A stretch of 62,903 nucleotides of DNA, filler included, from Asterionella formosa (lineage: Eukaryota): assembly GCA_002256025.1 (NCBI GenBank). It is 18 parts of 18 records of this genome, joined end to end, with 100 filler letters (N's around TTAATTAATTAA, not from the genome) between each part and the next. Parts side by side here need not be neighbours in the genome. Positions count along the whole stretch, not along the records: positions 1 to 1,862 come from NKIB01000990.1; positions 1,963 to 3,824 come from NKIB01000991.1; positions 3,925 to 5,786 come from NKIB01000992.1; positions 5,887 to 7,747 come from NKIB01000993.1; positions 7,848 to 9,708 come from NKIB01000994.1; 13 more parts are not named here. One strand, 5' to 3'. This document shows, piece by piece, positions 1 through 9,808 of the stretch. A program made the translations under genes and the position numbers. How positions within the stretch are numbered: position 1 is the first letter of the stretch; every line of letters begins with the position of its first letter. Under the pieces are notes generated by a model. The model did no database searches, had not been told where the DNA came from, and worked only from the letters and a program-made list of their open reading frames with translations.

Positions 1-240
1 ACCTTTTCAGTTCGATGCACTCCCAATGGATCATTGTCTCATGCCTGCCAGACAAGATAGTAGACTGGGTTTTCATTCCAAACTCTCTTTGGTAACTTTC
101 TTCAATGTTAAATTATCATTCATTAAACCCAATTCATGTTCTGATCATCGAAATTGTGTTCACTACCACTACTGATAATGGTATTCAGCCACTGGATGAC
201 AGTTTGCTAATGGAATTTACCAACCCAAAAAATCAGTAAC

Positions 241-347
241 TTCTAGTCGTATTCATCAATTTCTAGTCAAGAAAGCAGTTTCTAGTGGTAGTCAGAAAAT
301 TCTAATTGTTGCCAGCAAGTTCTAGTCATTGTCAGCAGATTTCTAGT
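241..347. repeat. Degenerate minisatellite with ~20-bp period and TTCTAGT core
   Basis: TTCTAGT/TTCTAAT occurs at 241, 261, 280, 300, 320 and 341. Confidence 0.55.
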
Positions 348-1862
348 TGCATGTAGTCACCAGCTGGAACAGCAATCATGAACAAAAGAATCATTTTGAA
401 AATGTCAATGGACCATTAATTGACATGACATAAATAGAGAATCAAACAAATTTCATTCGACCTACAGATTACCATAGTGTAGCGTGTTGCATCCTGTGAA
501 AGTGTCAAATCTGTTTGTAACTTTGATGTTTTGAATTGTGCATCATGTAAACAATGTGAAGCAATGCGCCATTGGCAACTTCAATTTTCGTGGTTAATAA
601 TTAGTGTGATTACATTTTTTTTTAACGATTGTATTATCGATGTTGTGTTAGATATATTTATCAGGTAGCATAGCGTTGTTTTCATTTTCCATGGAGAAAT
701 TCATTATTTTCGACATGGTCAAAGGCGGAGATGGCATGACCGCACACAAGAACTACACTCTAGCATTTCATATACACAGCAAGAAATCGCATTATCTACG
801 CTTAATAATTACGCATTGACATTTCAAATACCGGTATGTGTCCATCATGTCTTCAAATCCAAATGCTCGCCCACTGTGCCCTCATGGTGTGAATTTGAGT
901 CTTTCGTCATGGCTTTTAGTCTTGAGATTTCGATAAAAGCATCCTACCGTACCGGTAAGTGTATTCAATGATAGGTAGTAGTAAAATTTGTATGTGCCGG
1001 GAAGAAGTGACGGGATATTGACAGGAGTATCCCGGTTCATACGGTACTGTTCGCAATCATGTAAAATAAAAACGAGATTTGAAGTCTTAAATCGTTAACT
1101 CGGCCGGCAACAAACGTTGCCGTTGACTACCGTATACCTCAACTATTTTCTGAGCTAATTAGTAGTCTAGTTCCTGTTACAAGATAAGACTTAATTTTTG
1201 AGTACCAGGCACTGGTGCCAGAAATATTCCATTTATTAGTCTATCTACTACCGGTATATGGTACCTGGTACCCTAGCTACTTTTTCAAATTGTTCGTTAT
1301 TCGTAATATAAAATGAATTGCTCTGAGGGTTTGTCTACCGTATGCTTGTACGCTACCAGGTACCAGATACTGTGCCTTCCAAACAATGGTACCAGTACCA
1401 GGTACCCTGGTACCAGCACCAGGTCCTGGTTGTGCATACCGGTACCGGTACATGGATTCTAATATGCAGCCTTGTCGTTGGAAGACGAATGCAGCAATCC
1501 CACTTGATAAATAGAGGAAGACCGAACTTCCTTTTTTCTGAAGGGCCATGCTTTGGCGCTTGCTTGTTAACTTGATGAAGCTTTCCAGCTCCTCTTATAT
1601 TCTGCTTATGAAAGTCTTAAAACAGAATCATTTCTTATTTGGGAGATGCCTGCAAGTAAAGCATGTATATCTAGGAAGTATAGATAGCATGTGGTTGTTG
1701 TCAAACGCAGTGTACAAACCTAGTAGGCAGACTAAGGCATTACTTTGTTTGTTGCAAGTTTGTTTTCTTGCCATCATGGTGTGTCTAGGATCTAGACTAC
1801 ATAGAAGTATTGCAGATTGAAACTGTACCAGGTCAATGCAGGCATATGGCGTGGTAAACGTC

Positions 1863-1962
1863 NNNNNNNNNNNNNNNNNNNNNNNNNNNNNNNNNNNNNN
1901 NNNNNNTTAATTAATTAANNNNNNNNNNNNNNNNNNNNNNNNNNNNNNNNNNNNNNNNNNNN
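1863..1962. other. Artificial contig-joining spacer (N44-TTAATTAATTAA-N44), first of 17
   Basis: Identical 100-bp spacers with stops in all six frames start at 1863, 3825, 5787, 7748, 9709, 11670, 41363, 43323, 45282, 47241, 49200, 51158, 53116, 55074, 57032, 58990 and 60947. The short contigs decrease from 1862 to 1857 bp, so neighbouring contigs are not physically linked. Confidence 0.98.
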
Positions 1963-2287
1963 AGTAGATTCATGTCATCATCAAGTCCGTTGTCAGATGA
2001 TATTCCCAGCTCAAGCCCCTTCTCACCTGTGAATGACTTGGGTATATTAAGTATGACTACTAAAAATCAGCAACTAGGTGACATTATCTCGCCTGTTGCA
2101 AGGCGAGATCCAATTGGCAATTTGGATGACTTTGTTGTCTATGAATGAAAAATGCGTTAGGCCTTCTAACAATTTTGCTTAATTGTCGACTACCCCACTA
2201 AATAAATACATTTGGAATACAACATTATAAAAAAATTCAATTACATAAATTGTGAAATTAGATTAGAAATTAGACCACCCTGTTCCG

Positions 2288-3570
2288 TCATGTTGATCCA
2301 TCAGTGTGTATGTTGTTATCTTGTCGTTTCAGTTTGGCGACAGTGTGTCCATTTCTTTGTTTTATAGCTGGCGATAAATAGAAATGAATCCGTAGAGCAC
2401 CAATTTTTTTACTATTATCCAAAGCTCCTCCATGGACTATATCTCCACATATGAGAAAGATGAATTTGAATGGTATGGACAAATGTATTGCATGTTTCTC
2501 ATCTGCACAGTTATCCCATACAATTAAGCAGTTCCTTCCTAAAGACAACGACATTATCATTCCCCAAGGCATAGGTGTCGTTTCCCTTTCGCATTCTGTT
2601 GGTGTATAATCTTGATGTGGTTTCTGAGGTTTTGGGTAGCCATTCTTTCCAGAAATGGTGAACAACATAGTGGCAGTGTGCGGTATAACTCTGTCATTAT
2701 TGCTGGAGACATCATTGTAACCTGGTAGTAACAAGGACTTTATCATATGCCAAAATGGTTTTACATTTGGCAGATCCAGCTTTAATATTTTAAGCTGTCA
2801 GTATAATTCTTGAAAGGAAACACTTGCATGGCTTTTCCTTCCATAGTATTTGCAAGTTCTTTGTATTTTGCAGTTGTTTTGAATGTTTGTTTCAACAAAC
2901 GAATAGGAGGGTGATAGATTTTCTCGGAAGTACAAAAAGATTTTGCGACATGTAAAAATGGATCATCTTTTTCTTCTGTTCCAAAAAACTCATCTGGAAG
3001 GAAAGATAGATTGAGGAAAAAACGCATTCTTGTTCAATTCCGTCGATAACATAAAGGAAGTTATCTTTTTCTCAGAACTGTTTTGATTAGCCGTAATGAA
3101 TCAGTGATGAAACATAGGAAGTCTTCTATCTCTGCTGCATTCGGCGGCATATTGTTGTCTTTCTGATGTAGTCTAAAATCTCGAGGAAAGTGAGTCTTCC
3201 ATAAAATCATCGCTGGTCCTATATGATTCCGAAATTTCCTTGAAGTTCCAAATGATGTTTAGTTAAACAAGCCAGACTCTAGGACCACATAGAATTTGTT
3301 GAGAACAAAATCCAGGACACTGTCATCTAGCCTTGTCTCCTTGCCTTTGTCATCATGATCAAAGTATCTAACCAGTAAGAGTCGTTCCTTACTTTTCCGT
3401 TGTCTCTTGAACAGACATGAAATGCGCCATAAAAACACGTTTTTCCTGATTGAACAATCTGCAATCGGTACCCCTTCACAACCATTATCGTTCCATTCCT
3501 TGTAGAACTCGGAACATTTGCCATTCCGCCCAGATAACAAATGACATATTGCACTATCGATAGCATGCAA
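2288..3570 (-). pseudogene. Fragmented gene ending in a 2OG-Fe(II) dioxygenase-like (PhyH/cupin-type) domain
   Basis: Three co-oriented ORF pieces (3570-3259, 3027-2782, 2746-2288). The last has an HxD motif (QKPHQDY), a distal His (GDIVHGG) and a C-terminal RIHFY strand. The frames are not continuous, so the gene is either decayed or has unresolved introns. Confidence 0.4.
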
Positions 3571-4305
3571 ATGTCAAGAGAAACAAGGAAGCAGAAAGGG
3601 ATAATGGTCTGTCAACAAAGGATTAAACAGTGGGCGAGTGCTGGATCGGAAGCAATGCAGCACCGACATACTCAGTAATATACATTAGATTGGTAGCGCA
3701 AAGCTACAGTTTCATAGTACCAGCGTAGTAATAGGTATAGTTTCTTAGTACCAGCGTCATGTTCCGACCGGGTATTGAAACAAGGGGAAGAAGGGAATGC
3801 TGGTAGGGCAAACCTACAGTCTCANNNNNNNNNNNNNNNNNNNNNNNNNNNNNNNNNNNNNNNNNNNNTTAATTAATTAANNNNNNNNNNNNNNNNNNNN
3901 NNNNNNNNNNNNNNNNNNNNNNNNATACAGTGGTCTCCACATCAACAGTTGTTGTTTGCGTTTGTGTGACTGGTTCCATACTTTGCGGTTCCATTTGCCT
4001 TGCTTGTTGTATCTTCAGGGAGATTCAAATGACTGATCTGTAGTAACAAATACACAAAAACACTTGGGAGTTATAAGATCGCCAAGTTTAACTTTCTGTC
4101 TGGTGCTGTATAATTGTATCAATGGTGTTGCTTGGACGATGTACGCAGCCAGCATAAAATTGAAGGAATAGTATATGCCATTTATATTATCACTGGTGCC
4201 TTGCCTTGCAGGCTTATTTTCGGTTATTTTATTAGTGACAACGGAAATGATACCCGCGTGAAAACGTCAGTATCACTGATACCGTTTTTGGAGGGGGCAA
4301 AAAAA

Positions 4306-4342
4306 GGTATCAATTTTGTATCAATGATACAAAATTGATACC
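4306..4342. repeat. Perfect 18-bp inverted repeat with a 1-nt loop, inside a GATAC-motif cluster
   Basis: GGTATCAATTTTGTATCA-A-TGATACAAAATTGATACC. Further TGATAC copies occur between about 4245 and 4415. Confidence 0.8.
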
Positions 4343-4661
4343 ATCAAGTTACCGTTGCTGATACCGTGTTTTGATACCAACCGTCACTTTTTGCCCGCAA
4401 CCCGGAAATGATACAGCAAATTCGGAATGATAAGAAGTAAGCCCTTCTATCACTCCCCGTAATTCAATCAGTTGCGTAGAATTCTACGACAAGTGGTAGA
4501 AACACTACTTTGGCAGAAGGGCACAACAAGAATTACTTTTCAATCACCACAACGACAAGAAAAGGAGTTTTAACACGAACAAGAAAGTTGCTCGAATAAA
4601 CCAAAGAAGTATCTCGAATAAACAATAGACAACTCTCATTACATTCAAGAGGACATTGACA

Positions 4662-5786
4662 ATGCTAAGAGCATTTGGTTGGAAAAAGGAAACAGAATGT
4701 TTGAATCTCGGAGTTGATTCATTTCCTGGTCCTGGTGCGTTTCAGGGATTATGGACATCTTCACAGAACTATTCCTTTGTGAATGGTAATGTTGATTCTG
4801 ATTTTGACACCAACGAGATTAGGAGTGAACATGACCAGCTAGAACGTGCAACACTATTCAATGCTGAGCTAGTGCTGGTTGATCCAGAACTTGCCAGTGC
4901 CTCTGTTGTTGACAGTAAAGCAGAAGCAAGGGCTCAATGTACTGCCTTGGTGCTATTTTTTGTAATTGGCTTGTTAGTAACCATCATACTTCCCACAGAG
5001 TACTTTGGACTCTTGACAAGTCTCACTGATCTAAAATTGAGGTACAATACTTTCACAGGCACACTTCCAACAGAGATTGGATGGGAAGAAGATGTCAAAC
5101 GGTTGAAAGCGAATGATCCAAGTTTGACTGAACTTGATCTCCGATGGAATTCAATTGGTGATGACGGAGCCAAGGCCATTGCAGAGGCTCTCAAGGTCAA
5201 TACTGTCTTGACTACACTTCATCTCTGTGGTAATTCAATTGGTGATGACGGAGCCAAGGCCATTGCAGAGGCTCTCAAGGTCAATACTGTCTTGACTACA
5301 CTTTATCTCCGATATAATTCAATTGGTAGTGTTTTACTAAATGATATTCAAAACCTGGTTAATGTAAACAAGAAGCGCAAGTCATTGGAAGAAAATGTCA
5401 AATGGTTAAAAGCGAATGATCCAAGTTTGATTGAACTTAATCTCTATGATAATTCAATTGGTGATGACGGAGCCAAGGCCATTGCAGAGGCTCTCAAGGT
5501 CAATACTGTCTTGACTACACTTTATCTCGATTATAATTCAATTGGTGACGATTTACTAAATGATATAAACAAACTCATTGATGCAAACAAGAACCGCAAG
5601 TCTTTGGAAAAAAATGTCAAACGGTTGAAAGCGAATGATCCAAGTTTGACCACACTTAATCTCGGACGTTATTCAATTGGTGTTGACGGAGCCAAGGCCA
5701 TTGCAGAGGCTCTCAAGGTCAATACTGTCTTGACTACACTTCATCTCTATCAGAATTCAATTGTTGATGATGGAGCCAAGGCCATT
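4662..5786 (+). CDS. Leucine-rich repeat protein: TM segment, one plant-specific-type LRR and RI-like/NLRC3-like 28-aa LRRs; 3' truncated by the contig end
   Basis: Hydrophobic segment ALVLFFVIGLLVTII, then LTDLKLRYNTFTGTLPTEIG, then repeated LxLxxNSIGDDGAKAIAEALKVNTVLTT units (84-bp repeats) and KRLKANDPSL caps. Confidence 0.88.
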
Positions 5787-5886
5787 NNNNNNNNNNNNNN
5801 NNNNNNNNNNNNNNNNNNNNNNNNNNNNNNTTAATTAATTAANNNNNNNNNNNNNNNNNNNNNNNNNNNNNNNNNNNNNNNNNNNN

Positions 5887-7747
5887 AAATTGGTAACCGT
5901 ATCAATACAAGTTAGAGCACGAAATTCAATTAATTGATTTGCCACTGTTATCTTCCATGGACCAATAAAATCGACTGCAACTTCTGACCATGGCAATAAT
6001 AATGCATTCCTGGGTGGAAGTTCACCTAAGCCACATTGACATGCTTCACATACTCTTACAATATGTTCCACTCTTGCTTTTAATGTAGGGTGATAAAAAT
6101 GTGTAGCAATTGTAGCATTTAATCTTGTCATACCCACATGAGCTAGCATCTGATGATACCAATTAATAATAGGATCCAATAATGATGTAGGAATAGCAAT
6201 ACGCCAAGTATCTCCTGGATTCTTCACAAAACATATTAAAAATATGTCATGAAAATTGATAGAAGGAAATTTTAAAGGATGTGTTTGTTGATTGAGAATC
6301 AATTGTATATCCAGCAATTGTCTATCATGTATTAAATTATAGTCCAGAGGAAATTGAATATTGTCTGTCAAGATTGGATGATTAAGGAAACTGGCAGGTA
6401 GGCAAAAGTTCATCATCTAATTCAATTGAAAAGGTAGAAATGGATGTTGATGTTGGAGATTTCGATCCAATATCAATATCATCCTCCACCAAAGACTCAA
6501 GCCTCGGGAGGCGAGAGATGGAATCTGCAATAGCATTGTCAGTTCCTTTCACGTAGTGAAAAGTAGGATGGTATTCTTCAATGTAAAGTCTCCATCGTAA
6601 AACACGTTGAGTATGTAAAGTATTGTAAATAAGATTTCGATGATCAGTATGAACATGTAGAACTGCACCCAATAACATAGAGCGAAATTCTTTGAAAGTT
6701 TCTACCACAGAAAGTAATTCTTTCTCAATAGTAGTATAATTCTTTTGAGCAGCAGATAATTTGTGAGAATAATAAGCAACTGGTAGATCATTTTGCATAA
6801 TGACCGATCCTAATTGATAATCAGAGGCATCAGTAACTATATTAAAAGGAAGATTATGATCAGGATAACGCATGAGTGTATCTGCAATCAACAATGCTTT
6901 CATTTCTTCAAAAGCTTGTTCATGTATAGGCAACCAGACAAATGGACTAGTTCCGATTAAATCTGTAAGCGGTCCAAGCCCATGAGATTGTCTAGGAAAC
7001 ATGTCTCGATAGTACGTAACAGCACCAAGAAATGATCTGACTTGTTTAAGATTGGTAGGTGAAGACATATTAATCAATGCTTGGACCTTTTTAGACCAAG
7101 GTTTCAGTCCATTAGGAGTTAACCAATAGCCTAACCAATCTTTCTCTTGGACTGCCCATTCACACTTAGATGGATTAATTGTAAGACCATTTGCCTGTAA
7201 ACGATGTAAAATAGTATCCAATAAATGAATGTGATCCGAAAAATTCATTGAAAAACAACCCACATCATCAATATAAATTTCCACATCATCTAAATCACTA
7301 AGGATCTTTTCCATAGTTTCTTGTGCTATATCAGATGATTGTTTCACCCCCATGGGAGACGTAAATATTTATATAAACCAAATGGAGTTGAAATAACACA
7401 CAAGTTTTGACTCTCCACATCCAATGCAAAAGTAAAGTATTGCATGGTAACATCCAATTTGGTGAAAAATACATATCCAGCACGTTTAGTGAGAATAGTT
7501 TGTATTCGAGGCAAAGGATATATATTGCGATTGATGACTTTATTAAGTTCACGAAAATCTGATACCCATCGGACACTTCCATCCTTTTTTGGAATAATAA
7601 AAGTGGGAGATGCCCATTTAAAAGCACCACATTTTTGTAGGACTCCAATATCACACAACCGTTGTTATTCGGTTTTGAAAACTTCTAAATTAATATGAGC
7701 GACAGGATATGCTCGTTGATGACAAGGGATAGCATTTGATAATAATT
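5887..7747 (-). mobile_element. Ty3/gypsy LTR retrotransposon pol fragment (RT, RNase H, start of integrase), frameshifted
   Basis: Motifs [49 protein letters not shown], integrase H..H..CEAC and EVAVDFIGP occur in gypsy order. Frame breaks lie near 7350 and 6400. Confidence 0.95.
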
Positions 7748-7914
7748 NNNNNNNNNNNNNNNNNNNNNNNNNNNNNNNNNNNNNNNNNNNNTTAATTAAT
7801 TAANNNNNNNNNNNNNNNNNNNNNNNNNNNNNNNNNNNNNNNNNNNNACCCATTTTTAGGCCATAGCAGTTGTGTTGGTTGGGTTGGGTAGGTGCATGGT
7901 GGCGATTTCCTGAA

Positions 7915-8085
7915 GGAGCTAGTAATCGCCGCCCGCCAGCATGAGTTGAGAGAGGCCCGCCATAACAGGCAGGACAGGTCTCGACATGGAGGTAACGGAT
8001 TATAGCATCAAAGCGATAGCGCCCAATTAGCTTGATGAGTAGGCCGTTCACTCCCCCGGAGAACAGATGCCAGTTTGTCGCCCCA
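7915..8085 (-). pseudogene. C-terminal remnant of a tyrosine recombinase (DIRS/Ngaro-like YR element)
   Basis: Translates as GAT..LFSGGVNGLLIKLIGRYRFDAIIRYLHV and, after a frameshift, PVMAGLSQLMLAGGDY. This resembles the GRWxSDAxxRY catalytic-Tyr box of YR retroelements. Confidence 0.6.
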
Positions 8086-8316
8086 TTTGATCATCCATAT
8101 AATGATTCCACCAAAACATTTATTTGATTACACTTCTACAATGAAGGAGATCCAGGAGACCCCAACGGATTCCTTGCTTTCTTATGCCAACCTTCCTGAA
8201 CATTGCCAGTTTCCCACCAATGTTGTCTGCGAATTTTTCGCCCTTCCACATCTCGGAATCGGAGATTGTATGATAACAATGCTCTCTGTTCATCATTGCA
8301 TCTTTAACAGAGCGGC

Positions 8317-8640
8317 CTACATCTAAGCCGCGTATTACGTGAAGTGACCATCACGTAAATAAGCCTAGTTGATTTTGAATGGATCACATGAATTAGTTGA
8401 ATACATCAAAATGCTTACTTGAATATATCTATATATTATCTGAATACATCACGTTCATTATTTGATCAGAGTATCATGCATGCATTCCTGATCATCACTA
8501 TATTACATGATCACCTTCACATAATTATTTGAAATACTTCACATAATTATTTGAAATACTTCACATAATTATTTGAAATATTTCAATTAATTATTTGAAA
8601 TACTTCACATAATTATTTGAAATACTTCAATTAATTCTGT
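8317..8640 (+). repeat. Dispersed repeat copy 1 (probable DNA-transposon terminus) with a 22-bp tandem array
   Basis: Begins CTACATCTAAGCCGCGTATTACGTGAAG and is nearly identical to 42892 onward. Five units of CTTCACATAATTATTTGAAATA (one variant) lie at 8515-8624. Confidence 0.85.
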
Positions 8641-9808
8641 AATTCAGTTCTCATTGCCTTAAATTTTTGTTCATGTAATTCTATAATATGGTTCACGTAA
8701 TTTATTAAATTTTTTACGTATTTTATAAGTACTATCAAATAATGTTGATTACTAATTCAACAACCGGTATTTCACATTACATGGGAAACAAATCTCGATA
8801 TGCAATCAAACAAAGCAGCTCTTTCAGAATGGCATCTTCAGTCTTGAGAAGGCAGGCATTATGAGAAGTCTGTAAGGACAATGCAAGACAAACAGAAGCC
8901 ATGCATTCTGAATGAAAAAATCATTCATTCTTGAAGAGGCATTATTGCACGAAGTTGCAACATGAATGCATCACACACTGGCTTCCTTCTTGTCCTTGAA
9001 ATGACTTGCTTCTTCATTGACCTGCAGAGATTTTCATAACAACAGTGAGTCAGTAATGTATATGATAGAACTAGCAACAGCAGAAAGCAACACACAGTTT
9101 ATTCCGGACCTCATTGTCCCTGCCTGTTGTCAACAACAATGGGTGAGCTGACAAGCCATACTAGCATTTAGGTACACAACAAGAACACACTCACCATTCA
9201 ACTGTATTGCAGAGTTCTTTCATTTGAGTCGAGGATTCAATTGACATTGCAGCAACCTATGCAGTTACAGAAACAATGAGAAGGAATGATTTGCTAGCAA
9301 GTAGTCATGTTACATTGAAACAACGACACGCAATTCCATCGTATCCTCTTGCTTCACTTACCACAAATCAATGCAACTGATGCATAAGTCTGTAATAGTA
9401 ACTTGTCAGTAAATTCTTGAATAAGTAAGTTTCGGGTATCCAATGTTGTTGAATAAAACTTACCGGTACATTTTTGTCATCTTAACTTTGAGAGAAGGTA
9501 AACGTTTTGTCAGCTTTGTTCCAACAGAAGTGAATAGGTCCAACAAGCGACAGGAGCACTTACGCAATTTGGTTTTGTTTTGTTTTACATTGGTGCTCCC
9601 CAACAAGCGAAACGAGCTGTTGAATCAACTGAGAAAAAAGTAAATGTGGCTGCGTTTAGTTAACAATTTGTTGTTGTGCTGCCTGTCTCCCAACGATTGT
9701 CATCCAAGNNNNNNNNNNNNNNNNNNNNNNNNNNNNNNNNNNNNNNNNNNNNTTAATTAATTAANNNNNNNNNNNNNNNNNNNNNNNNNNNNNNNNNNNN
9801 NNNNNNNN

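Noticed and set aside
5133..5786. Diversity-generating retroelement as the cause of LRR variation (many variable codons are NAT or NNT)
   Set aside because: No template repeat or DGR-type RT is present on the contig. Several variable codons (CGA, TGG, GGA, CAG) do not fit AAY-derived mutagenesis. The adjacent gypsy RT is on an unlinked contig.
5787..5886. ORF-track proteins ending in XXXX-LIN or XXXX-N
   Set aside because: These come from translation into the artificial spacer. The genes are simply truncated by contig ends.
7340..7360. Programmed ribosomal frameshift in gypsy pol
   Set aside because: The break lies inside the RT LPMG motif and looks like a 1-bp deletion. A second break near 6400 indicates decay.
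8515..8624. 22-bp repeats (also 43090-43222) as a CRISPR array
   Set aside because: The units are head-to-tail with no spacers, no cas genes are present and the context is eukaryotic.
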